A DNA stretch of 35,876 bases from a virus (taxonomy: Duplodnaviria > Caudoviricetes). The stretch covers positions 1-35,876 of IMG/VR virus record IMGVR_UViG_3300038379_000915. One strand, 5' to 3'. This document shows, piece after piece, positions 9,899 through 18,010 of this stretch (positions within the stretch are counted from its first letter, which is position 1; every line of letters starts with the position of its first letter). The position numbers and the translations under genes were made by a program. The notes beneath the pieces are model-generated. The model was not told where the DNA came from, made no database searches, and saw only the letters and a list, made by a program, of their open reading frames with translations.

Positions 9899-10315
9899 AT
9901 GTACCGCAACGCCTACCGAAGCGACGGGGGTGGCGGTGGGGCAGCGGCGTCGAAGGGCCGCTACATGCCATCCTTCCGAGTCAACAACAAGACCACCAAC
10001 TCGACCCAGGCGGGCCTCTACAATGCCGACCTCGAGTGGACGGCGCCGCGTGCGGTGCGCCTCCTCCGTTGGACGTACTTCGGCAATCTCATCTCTGCCG
10101 GTGGCGCGCTCTCGTGTGAGGTGAGCGTGGATGGCGGAGCGTCCTGGACGCAGGTGGCCTCGATTCCCGCCGGCACGCTGCGCACCGGCGGCGCTCCGCT
10201 GAACCCGATCAACGCAGCGCAGGATGCGGGCGTGCAGGCGCGTTTCATCTCCGACGCGGGCTGGTCGAGCACCAGCACTGACCCGCAGATCTTTCTCGAG
10301 TTCGAGGAGGTCTAG
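9899..10315 (+). CDS. Hypothetical beta-sandwich virion-region protein
   Basis: SD GAGGAGG upstream; contains an Asp-box-like SVDGGASW motif. Confidence 0.6.
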   Translation: MYRNAYRSDGGGGGAAASKGRYMPSFRVNNKTTNSTQAGLYNADLEWTAPRAVRLLRWTYFGNLISAGGALSCEVSVDGGASWTQVASIPAGTLRTGGAPLNPINAAQDAGVQARFISDAGWSSTSTDPQIFLEFEEV

Positions 10316-10317
10316 TC

Positions 10318-12633
10318 GTGTCGCGCCGCGCCGGCGGTCGTGTCGCGCCAGCGGAGCAGGCGGCCCTCGTCGCTCCGACCATCGTCAAGACGCCGGCCAT
10401 TCCACCTTCGTTGGCCGTCGGGAATCAGGTGCACTACTACCCCCGCCTGGGCGAGCTGCCGGCAAGCACACCCGGACTGCTCGTTACGATCGCGGCGGTC
10501 CACTCGTTCGATCTCATCGAGGTCATCCATGGTGGCAGCCGCGTTCGAGCGGTGCGTGGGGGGCGAAACGGCGTGCTGCGCGGGACTCGTGGCACGTTCG
10601 ATCCGCTCGACCATCGACATCGGCGCCAGTTCCGCATCCATCTCACACCGCACGCGCAGGACTTCGCGGCCAACCTCGAGGCCGACCAGGCGCTGGTCAC
10701 CTGGTGGCGCGACACCGCGAAGGTCGACATCCACCTGATCGTCCAGTCGCCGGACACCCAGCAGGCGCTCTTCGTGACGACGGTCGACCGCTACCGGGCG
10801 CTCGGCTTCTCGGTCAACTATGGCTTCATCCCCGTCGCAGCCGCTCACAGCACGCCAGACGATGGCGTGCCCGTGCCCGATCAGAGCGAGTACGGCGCGC
10901 CGTACATCAACGCGGCGGGCCAGCAGGCGTACGCCAAGGGGATGACCAGCGTCTGGACGAACCCCGCCTTCTGGACACCCTGGGCCGAGCACCTGCGGAC
11001 GTACGAGGCGCTCGCCGGCGGCAAGTGTGACGTGTGGCTGCACTGCCAGATGGAGCCCGCGTTCATCAGCCATCCGTTCGCCGAGGATCTCGCTGCGGCC
11101 GGGTACACCGTGGCCGACCTCGAGGTCGGGATGAAGCCATACCTCGACGCGATCACCGCGACGGCGAAGTGGACCATCGTGCGACCGCTGAGCTCGGTCG
11201 TCGACCTCGCTCTTCCGCTCGTGGTCGCGGCCGGCGCACCCGGCTCGGTGTGGTGCCACGAGGGCACGAACACCGGTGCCAAGAGGCGCCGCACGAACGA
11301 GCGTGGCTACCAGGAGTACCTGGGGATCACGCAAGCGACCCTCGCGACCATCGCGCGGTTCATGCCCGCCGACTCACGTGGGGTGCCGCTCAAGCTGGAG
11401 AACACCTTCCGCATCGGCGGCGCGCGCGAGTTCGAGGACCCCTTCGCCGAGGGGGGTACTTACGCTATCCACGAGATCGTCGATCTCAACGAGGGCGTCG
11501 GCCGCGTGCAGCAGATCGGCAAAACGGCGTGGCGGCGCTACACGACGAAGACCCAGTCGCTCGCCGGCGGGACAAAACAGCCGTCGATGAACGACGTCCT
11601 CGCGCACTGGACCGTTGCCAACGATGGCCTCGCGACCATCAACGCCGTGCGCTGCGTCGGAACGGGCCGCGGCACCGCGAACCAGACCGCAATCGAGCCG
11701 TGGCTGCGGCGGTCCAACGGGACCAGCGTGACCACCGACGCGATCGACAACGGTCGGCCCGTCGGTGCGAGCGGCTTCACGACACCGCCGCTCGAGGCGA
11801 ACACCATCCGCGGCTGGCGCGTCGGCAGCACCGACACGTTCGTCACGGCGGACCCGGCGAACCCCTCCGTCGCGTGGGAATCGGTCACGCACGTCTTCGA
11901 CGTCACGTTGCCGAGCGTGGCGCCGGCGCCAGGCGTCACGTGGGGCATCTACTGCATCGCCGCTAGTAACGCCCACGCCATGAACATCGTGTGGGACGGG
12001 ACTACAGGCCAGCTGCTGCTCAACGTGCGCGCGGCGGTCGGCCAGGACACGGTCACCTACTACGCATCGCCGGTCCCAGGCGGGACCTACCGCTTCGTGG
12101 TCGCCTACGACCGCAACCGCGACGGCAGCGCGACCGGAAAGTGGTGGACACCGCACGCGGGCTGGGTGGCGACCTCGGCGGTCAAGAACACCACGACCGT
12201 CGCCCCGATCATAGGCGGCGCGCACAATTTGCTGAACCGCGCCGGCGAGCTGTGGGGCATCCCGGGCCTCGTGATGCCGTACGACTCCGATCACGGCTTC
12301 TGGAACCGCGCGAACTGGTCGGCGGCCGAGATGGCGTGCCTGAACACCGTCACCTTCATGCTCACGCCCACAGTGTCCAGCTCGACCACCTACTCGGGCA
12401 CCGTCGACGGCGTGGCCTGGTCGTACACGAGCGACTCGAGCGCGACGCTTGCCGAGGTGCTCGCAGGGATCGCGGCAGCGATCGACGCCGTGACGACGGC
12501 GACGGTGACCAACACGGGCGCCGAGGTGGCCGTGGTCCGCGACGGCTGGCTGCACGTCTCGCGGGACGACTACCGATTCCTCACGTGCGAGCGGAGCATC
12601 AACCGCTGGCCCTTCGGCTACAACTTCGACTGA
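10318..12633 (+). CDS. Large putative tail fibre/receptor-binding or carbohydrate-active virion protein
   Basis: 771 aa, Thr/Trp-rich; C-terminal half has lectin/LamG-like beta pattern (YRFVVAYD); located in the tail module. Confidence 0.5.
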   Translation: MSRRAGGRVAPAEQAALVAPTIVKTPAIPPSLAVGNQVHYYPRLGELPASTPGLLVTIAAVHSFDLIEVIHGGSRVRAVRGGRNGVLRGTRGTFDPLDHRHRRQFRIHLTPHAQDFAANLEADQALVTWWRDTAKVDIHLIVQSPDTQQALFVTTVDRYRALGFSVNYGFIPVAAAHSTPDDGVPVPDQSEYGAPYINAAGQQAYAKGMTSVWTNPAFWTPWAEHLRTYEALAGGKCDVWLHCQMEPAFISHPFAEDLAAAGYTVADLEVGMKPYLDAITATAKWTIVRPLSSVVDLALPLVVAAGAPGSVWCHEGTNTGAKRRRTNERGYQEYLGITQATLATIARFMPADSRGVPLKLENTFRIGGAREFEDPFAEGGTYAIHEIVDLNEGVGRVQQIGKTAWRRYTTKTQSLAGGTKQPSMNDVLAHWTVANDGLATINAVRCVGTGRGTANQTAIEPWLRRSNGTSVTTDAIDNGRPVGASGFTTPPLEANTIRGWRVGSTDTFVTADPANPSVAWESVTHVFDVTLPSVAPAPGVTWGIYCIAASNAHAMNIVWDGTTGQLLLNVRAAVGQDTVTYYASPVPGGTYRFVVAYDRNRDGSATGKWWTPHAGWVATSAVKNTTTVAPIIGGAHNLLNRAGELWGIPGLVMPYDSDHGFWNRANWSAAEMACLNTVTFMLTPTVSSSTTYSGTVDGVAWSYTSDSSATLAEVLAGIAAAIDAVTTATVTNTGAEVAVVRDGWLHVSRDDYRFLTCERSINRWPFGYNFD

Positions 12634-12652
12634 GGTCGCAGGAGGATCGGCA

Positions 12653-13135
12653 ATGTCCGTCGAGATGGACCCGCTCAACTTCGACTTCACCCCCGCAAAC
12701 CTCGCGGGCTACGGCCTGAGCCCGGTGATCGCCGGCGACTACCTCTCGTACCGAGTCCAGTACGTGGTCGACGGCGTGGCGCAGTCGCTGCTTGACGCGG
12801 TGCTCGTGCTCACCCTGCGCAGGCGCGACGGCACGGTTGCGCCTGACGATCAGGTGCTGCAGCGACGGTCGCTCGACAACATAGCGGGCTGGACACCGAC
12901 GACCAAGCAGATCGCGATCGACGCAGACCAGTCGCAGGAGACGGAGACCGGCACCGGGAAGGGCTGGTACGCCATCAACTTCACGCCGCCGGATGAGGCC
13001 GCGCTCCTCGGGGTGCTCGGGCTGTGGCACTACGACGTGCGCGCGCTCTTCAGCGACGGCAGGGTGCGGACCCTCCTCCGCGGGCGCATGCAGATCCTCT
13101 CGCCGCGCACGGCCAGCACGCAGTTCACGCCGTAA
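12653..13135 (+). CDS. BppU-N-like/structural accessory protein
   Basis: SD GGAGGA; GD...YRV...V.G, G.WHYDV...DGRVRTLLRG pattern of BppU-like Ig-fold proteins. Confidence 0.55.
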   Translation: MSVEMDPLNFDFTPANLAGYGLSPVIAGDYLSYRVQYVVDGVAQSLLDAVLVLTLRRRDGTVAPDDQVLQRRSLDNIAGWTPTTKQIAIDADQSQETETGTGKGWYAINFTPPDEAALLGVLGLWHYDVRALFSDGRVRTLLRGRMQILSPRTASTQFTP

Positions 13136-13145
13136 CCCTCGCCGA

Positions 13146-13183
13146 AGTGGCGGCGCGATGTGCGCCACCAGCACCGTGGAGCC
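13146..13183 (+). promoter_or_regulatory. Putative late promoter, copy 3 (AGTGGCG-N19-CACCGT) ahead of the lysis cassette
   Basis: Intergenic, same spacing as the other copies; followed by SD AGGAGG and ATG 13199. Confidence 0.6.
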
Positions 13184-13198
13184 CAGGAGGCTTCACCC

Positions 13199-13990
13199 AT
13201 GGTGCGTTCCCCACTCCGCTTCGTGCCCGCTCTGCTCATGGCAGCGGGCCTGACCCTGGCCGCCTCGGGCTGCTCGCGCGAGGCCCACGCGTTCCCGACC
13301 ATCCTGTGCGACTCCACCTGCGTCATCGTGGATAGCGAGTTCCGCGCTCCGGCGGTCGCGCCCGCCGAGGTCGACGCCCAGCTCGACGTCGCCGAGGCAG
13401 TGCTCCTGGCCTCGCTCGAGCCGGTCGCGCTGCCGCCCGCGCGAGCTGCGCGCGCGCCGCTCGCGATCGCTGCCGCGGGCGTGCTGCCCGACCTGCCCGA
13501 GCTCGCGGTGGACTACGGTGACAAGCTGCTCGGCTGGATCCTCGCGCTGCTCGGCGCGGCGGCGACCTGGCTGCTGGTACGCGTCGGGGCGTCGGCCGCG
13601 TGGAGGTCTCTCGTCACCGAGCTCGGCGCGCACGCCCGCGATGTCGTGCTCGAGGTCTGGCAGACCTACGTCGAGGCGCTCAAGGAGGGCCGCGCGGACG
13701 GCAAGCTCACGGACCAGGAGAAGCGGATCGCCAAGGAGCGCGCGGTCGCGAAGCTCCGGGCCCGGCTCGGATGGCGCAAGCTGATCGCGCTCGGCGGCGG
13801 CGTGCTCACGAAGCTCTTCGCCGGCTCGGCGTGGGCGCAGCGGGTGGAGGACTGGCTCGGCGGCGCCGTCGAGACCGCGGTCGCTGAGGCGAAGCGGGAG
13901 GGCAAGGCGGCCGGCCTCGGCCAGCTCCGTGGCCTCGCGATCGCGCCGCTCGCGCCCGCGGGCCAGGAGTCGTCGATGGTCCCTCGCTGA
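13199..13990 (+). CDS. Holin-like (LL-H type) membrane protein with N-terminal lipoprotein signal
   Basis: SD AGGAGG; hydrophobic stretch plus LAASGC lipobox; internal TM LLGWILALLGAAATWLLV; V.EV.QTYV..LK...DGKLT..EK..AK and VETAV pattern. Confidence 0.6.
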   Translation: MVRSPLRFVPALLMAAGLTLAASGCSREAHAFPTILCDSTCVIVDSEFRAPAVAPAEVDAQLDVAEAVLLASLEPVALPPARAARAPLAIAAAGVLPDLPELAVDYGDKLLGWILALLGAAATWLLVRVGASAAWRSLVTELGAHARDVVLEVWQTYVEALKEGRADGKLTDQEKRIAKERAVAKLRARLGWRKLIALGGGVLTKLFAGSAWAQRVEDWLGGAVETAVAEAKREGKAAGLGQLRGLAIAPLAPAGQESSMVPR

Positions 13991-13995
13991 GCGCC

Positions 13996-14265
13996 GTGGT
14001 CGCCGACGCGGGCACCACGGCGCGCGACGCCCTCGATCGCGTGGAGGCGCAGCTCGAGCCCGGGCGAGGGCGCGTCGACCTCTTCTCCTTCGTCCGAGGC
14101 TCGAGCACGGGCGGCGCGGTCGCCGGCGCCGGCGTCGACCTGCAGCACCGGCTCGGGCTCCGCGGCGCGCTCTTCACGCACGGATGGATCGGCGCAGCCT
14201 GGGACCCGCTCGGCAGCCGCGAGCTCGCCGGCGAGGTCCTTGGCGGTCTTCGCTGGAGGTGGTGA
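13996..14265 (+). CDS. Small beta-strand protein in lysis region
   Basis: Alternating beta pattern ending LGGLRWRW; GC3-rich codons; no clear SD. Confidence 0.55.
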   Translation: MVADAGTTARDALDRVEAQLEPGRGRVDLFSFVRGSSTGGAVAGAGVDLQHRLGLRGALFTHGWIGAAWDPLGSRELAGEVLGGLRWRW

Positions 14266-14268
14266 GAG

Positions 14269-14694
14269 ATGGGCAACCTCGACGACACCCCGCCGAGCCG
14301 GCGCGGGTCGACTGCATCCGAGGCCGCGCATGAGACGCCCACGTCGGCGATCACGCGGTGGGGCGGGGCAGCGGCCGCGGCGAAGGCTCTCCTCGGTCTG
14401 CTCCTCCTGGGGCTCTCCGCGCTCGTGGGCGCTCTCATCACCCTGCAGAGCGTGGCGACCCACCGGGACGTCGCCGAGGCGGTCGAGCGCGAGGACGCGC
14501 GCGCGGCGGCGGCGCTCGAGCGTCACGCCGCCGGCGGCCACATCGTCCACGAGCAGCGGCTCCTCGATCACGACGAGCAGCTCCGCGTGCTCCACGGCGA
14601 GCTCACCTGGCAGGGCCTGGCGCTCGAGGCGATCGCCGACAAGCTGCGCGTGCGCCTGCCGCCGCGGCCGCGCGCGCGCCCGGTGACCCCGTGA
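14269..14694 (+). CDS. Single-TM membrane protein with coiled coil (holin/spanin-like)
   Basis: SD GGAGG; TM ALLGLLLLGLSALVGALITL followed by a heptad-like segment. Confidence 0.6.
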   Translation: MGNLDDTPPSRRGSTASEAAHETPTSAITRWGGAAAAAKALLGLLLLGLSALVGALITLQSVATHRDVAEAVEREDARAAAALERHAAGGHIVHEQRLLDHDEQLRVLHGELTWQGLALEAIADKLRVRLPPRPRARPVTP

Positions 14695-15125
14695 CCGGCT
14701 ACCTGGGGCTGTCGTACTGCGACATGTGCTCGCACGGCATGCGCCAGGCTGTGTGGGCCGAGGGCGCGGCGCGGCTGTGCCGCGAGCACTTCGAGGCCAC
14801 CACCGGCAGCGCGCCGCCGGCGCCGCCGCGCCTCGCGGACCTGCCGTCGCCACCGCCCGCCGAGCCCATGCCTGCGTGGCTGCGGCTCGGCCCCGGCCTG
14901 CGCGCGCGCCCCGCCGGCGAGCACGGCGTCGAGCTGCAGGCCGTCCACAACGTGATTCTCGACGGGCAGCCGCACGCGGTCAGCGACGGGACGTGGACGC
15001 TCACCGCAGAGCAGCTCGCCGAGCTCGTCATCCTCGCGAGCGTGCACCGGGACGCGTCGGCGCCGAACCGCACGCTTGCCCGCGTCTGGCTGCAGGAGTT
15101 CCTGCACGGAAAGGGAAGCCCATGA
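14691..15125 (+). CDS. Hypothetical protein with N-terminal CxxC...CxxH
   Basis: GTGA overlap with the previous stop; YCDMC...LCREH. Confidence 0.55.
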   Translation: MTGYLGLSYCDMCSHGMRQAVWAEGAARLCREHFEATTGSAPPAPPRLADLPSPPPAEPMPAWLRLGPGLRARPAGEHGVELQAVHNVILDGQPHAVSDGTWTLTAEQLAELVILASVHRDASAPNRTLARVWLQEFLHGKGSP

Positions 15126-16111
15126 CGCCCCTGCATGGCGGCTGTCTGTGGGGGGGCAACGACCCCGTCCATTGTCGGGGCTGCGCCGAGGCGCTCGGAC
15201 ACCGCCGATCCTTGCCGCTGCCCGCGCCGGACGACGGACCCATCACCGAGCGCCTGCCACCCGAGCTGCGCGCCTGGCACCGGCTGCAGCTGCGCGCGCT
15301 CGAGCTGGTGGCGCGGCCGCCGACGCTCGTCGCCCAGCCCTACCGCGAGGCGCCCGTCACCTCGCCGGCGGCGCGCCTCGCGCTCGCGATGGAGCGCGTG
15401 CGGTCGGCGAGCGGTCGATCGTGTTCGGGTCCGCCGAACCCGGCGGCGACCTGGCCGGGCTCGACGTACGAGTACCGCGTCGTCGACGCGCTCGCATGGG
15501 CGGCTGCGGCCGGGCTCGACGGCGACGAGTCCGGCATGGCCTGGGCGCTCGCCAGCGAGGCCGATCGCGTTGACCTCTACCCGCAGTACGCGCTCGCCAT
15601 CGGCGAAGCCATCTGGAACGACGCCCAGGCGAACACCGGCGGGTCCGTGCACCGCCGCGTCACCATGGCCGGCGTCCGCCTCAAGGGCGGGAAGCGCCCG
15701 CCGGCGGAGGGCCACTACGGGCGCCAGAGCGGCCGCTGGTGCTCCTCCTGGCAGCGACCGACCGAGCGCCACGTCGTCGCCGCGCGCGCCGTGCTGGGCG
15801 CGATGCGCGAGAGCTCGCCGCTCATCGGCCACGGCGGCCGGCGCTGGATCGACGGCCGGGTCATGGACCGCGGCTTCCAGGCCGGCAAGCGGCTGCGCCA
15901 CGACGCCGAGGGCATCGTGCGCGCCTGGGGCGCCGAGGGCTGGCAGTGGGTCGGCCCCATCCTCGACGGGCGCGGCGAGCTGCTCCTCGACCCCTACGTG
16001 CTCTGCCTCTTCCGCTTCGTGGGCCGCGGCGCCGCCGACATCGAGCGCGGCGTCGAGATGGTCCGCGACGGTCGCCGCCGTTGGCGGATTTCGCCACGAC
16101 AGGCTGGCTAG
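15122..16111 (+). CDS. Putative endolysin, SleB/Hydrolase_2-like cell-wall hydrolase
   Basis: ATGA overlap; MAWALASEA...YALAIGEAIWN resembles the SleB 'LA..I..EA...AVA.VI.NR' motif; located in the lysis region. Confidence 0.55.
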   Translation: MTPLHGGCLWGGNDPVHCRGCAEALGHRRSLPLPAPDDGPITERLPPELRAWHRLQLRALELVARPPTLVAQPYREAPVTSPAARLALAMERVRSASGRSCSGPPNPAATWPGSTYEYRVVDALAWAAAAGLDGDESGMAWALASEADRVDLYPQYALAIGEAIWNDAQANTGGSVHRRVTMAGVRLKGGKRPPAEGHYGRQSGRWCSSWQRPTERHVVAARAVLGAMRESSPLIGHGGRRWIDGRVMDRGFQAGKRLRHDAEGIVRAWGAEGWQWVGPILDGRGELLLDPYVLCLFRFVGRGAADIERGVEMVRDGRRRWRISPRQAG

Positions 16112-16137
16112 CGTCCGCTGCGTCCGCCGCGCCGAAG

Positions 16138-16572
16138 TCACTCGGGCCGCGCGTGGCGCACGATGCGCTTCATCGCCGCGTCTCGCAATCGCTTCGCTTG
16201 ACCCCTTTTGATCTTGCTCTCATCTGGTCGCTGGACCGTCACGTGGCCGTACGGCTCGAGGCCCTGTGGTGGGTCGTCCTTCTTCAGCTCAAGCGCACCA
16301 TCGGCCAGAACGAACTCAGCCGTGACCTGAGCAGCCCCATGGGCTGGTAGCTCGGCTAGAAGTTCATCGACGGGCACGTATGAATCCCGGAAAACGGAAA
16401 GGTGCTCCGTCACGAACACGCCGGAGCTGATCCTCCCCTCCTGCCAGTCGCGCCAGGAGAAGTGCCGCGTCAACAGCTCGGCCGCCCCTATAGCCTCGGG
16501 TGTCGGAGGGCGCGGGGTATCGGCAGCGGCCGTCGCAGTGGCGCGGTCTACGGCCGGCCCGTCGTCATCCAT
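16138..16572 (-). CDS. Putative ADP-ribosyltransferase-fold toxin
   Basis: ELLTR...ISSGVF...LSVFR...D.P...GHVTV matches the R / S-x-x-F / LSV / H pattern of small ART-like toxins; last gene of a lower-GC operon. Confidence 0.6.
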   Translation of the reverse strand: MDDDGPAVDRATATAAADTPRPPTPEAIGAAELLTRHFSWRDWQEGRISSGVFVTEHLSVFRDSYVPVDELLAELPAHGAAQVTAEFVLADGALELKKDDPPQGLEPYGHVTVQRPDESKIKRGQAKRLRDAAMKRIVRHARPE

Positions 16573-17096
16573 TGCGCCAAGGCCGTAGCGAGACGCCAAT
16601 CACCGGCGCCGTCCTCGACTTCTGCGCCGTTCTCGAACTTCGAATACTGGAAGGTGCCGTCCGCGAGTACTTCGACCAAGAGCTCGCGCCCACCCTCCTC
16701 CCACTCGATCATGATACCGCCGTCTTCGATGGGCGAAACGATGGGGCGAGTCGTACGGCCGAACTCGCGCTCGAAGGCACCCAGGAAGAGGAAAGCGCTC
16801 TCAACCGTCTGCGTCGTAAGTCGCTCGGTTCGCCACGCCGGTGTACCGGCCAAGTCGGCGAGCGTTTGGAGTCGGATTTGGCCGATCGATGCAGCCGTAC
16901 TCACGATCCAGCGACCCTCGTTGGCCTGCCACTCCGCGAGTGGGATGGACAGTGGTGCGTCGAGGTTGTGGCGGCCCCTGGGGGGCATCAGTTCGCCCGC
17001 GAGGCGCACCTCTGCTGGTGGCCGCGACCGGCGAGCGTTGCCCTCGGTCGTGCCCCACAATTCAAGAAGGTCGTAGTTGGGGATGATGAAGGGCAC
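16548..17096 (-). CDS. Putative antitoxin
   Basis: L..L...W....A..FL......P.VSP..DGGIMIEW...G.EL.VEV..DG..Y motif; overlaps the toxin gene start by 25 nt. Confidence 0.6.
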   Translation of the reverse strand: MPFIIPNYDLLELWGTTEGNARRSRPPAEVRLAGELMPPRGRHNLDAPLSIPLAEWQANEGRWIVSTAASIGQIRLQTLADLAGTPAWRTERLTTQTVESAFLFLGAFEREFGRTTRPIVSPIEDGGIMIEWEEGGRELLVEVLADGTFQYSKFENGAEVEDGAGDWRLATALAQWMTTGRP

Positions 17097-17099
17097 TTT

Positions 17100-17519
17100 C
17101 TAGTCTTCCTTTGTTATGCGGCGCGCCTCGGCTTGCAGATGCTCCAGTCGCTCGATGTGCTGGCCCAGCCATTGGTGCAGGTTCTTGGCGTGGTCGAGAT
17201 CCATCGTGATAGCGACCTCCACTTCTCGCATCACACCCTTCTTCTGCTCCGCCGTAACCACAGGCCCCATCGTGCCGTCGGGGAAGATGGTCTGCGTCTG
17301 CCGGCGAGGGATTGGCGCGCGCTCGCTGAAGAAGTTAACCACGATTCGACCGCTTGGCGAAATCCCACCCCAGGCGCCCTCGGAGTAGACCACTCTGAAG
17401 AAGTTGCTCTTCTTGTAGTGGAACTGGACTCGCCGCGCGCCCTCGGGTACCGGCGGAAGCTCGTCGCCGGTCAGGTCGTCGTCGGCGCCGTCTTCGTTGG
17501 ACTCCTCGTCAATAGCCAT
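17100..17519 (-). CDS. DUF3467-like protein (putative chaperone/sensor)
   Basis: FHYKKSNFFRVVYSEGAWGGISPSG.I.VNFFSER.PIP...REVEV.I.MD...AK.L..WL pattern; acidic N-terminal tail. Confidence 0.6.
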   Translation of the reverse strand: MAIDEESNEDGADDDLTGDELPPVPEGARRVQFHYKKSNFFRVVYSEGAWGGISPSGRIVVNFFSERAPIPRRQTQTIFPDGTMGPVVTAEQKKGVMREVEVAITMDLDHAKNLHQWLGQHIERLEHLQAEARRITKED

Positions 17520-17522
17520 GGC

Positions 17523-17538
17523 GTGGTACTCGTACCAC
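17523..17538 (-). promoter_or_regulatory. Palindrome GTGGTAC-N2-GTACCAC between the SD and ATG of the three-gene cassette
   Basis: Minus strand reads GGAG-GTGGTACGAGTACCAC-GCC-ATG. Confidence 0.6.
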
Positions 17539-17613
17539 CTCCAGGCAGTGCCAGCAAAGGGGGCAGATATAGGGGCTGCGCAAGCGAGCAGTGGCGCCGG
17601 CTGAAGGCGAAGC

Positions 17614-17739
17614 TCACGTCTCCGCCATGCTGGACGGCATGCGAGCCTCGAGCGCCCGCCGCCACCAGCGCTCCGCCTCGGGGTGCAGCCCGGCCGCGCG
17701 CGCCAGCGCCGCCAACCACAGCATCTCGATCCAGGTCAT
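17614..17739 (-). CDS. Small hypothetical protein (41 aa, MTWIEMLWLAALARAAG...)
   Basis: Read by hand; GC3-rich codons; not in the ORF track. Confidence 0.4.
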   Translation of the reverse strand: MTWIEMLWLAALARAAGLHPEAERWWRRALEARMPSSMAET

Positions 17740-17776
17740 GCCGCGGTCTTCGGCGGCGGCCGGCGCCGGTTGCTAG

Positions 17777-18010
17777 CTAGTCCTCGGGAAACAGCCGGTC
17801 GAGCTCGGCCCTGACGCCGGCCAAGTCGCCGGCGAGCTGCGTCACCGCGCGAGGGTCGACGTCCTCCTGCTCCTCGAGCTGCTCGAGCCGGCGGTCGAGC
17901 GCGGCGAGCTGAGCGTCGACCTCGTCGCAGATGGCGGGCTGCAGGCCGCGGAAGCGCTCGACCTTGCCCTGGGCGTCAGCGAGTGCCACGCCCAGCCGCA
18001 GGACGGGCGC
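17777..18010 (-). pseudogene. Orphan coiled-coil C-terminal fragment, out of frame with the integrase
   Basis: Frame PVLRLGVALADAQGKVERF...AELDRLFPED* has coding-like codons but no SD. Confidence 0.45.

Noticed and set aside
6939-12633. Diversity-generating retroelement or invertible tail-fibre cassette
   Set aside because: No reverse transcriptase, no TR/VR repeat pair and no inverted fibre gene copies were seen in the window.
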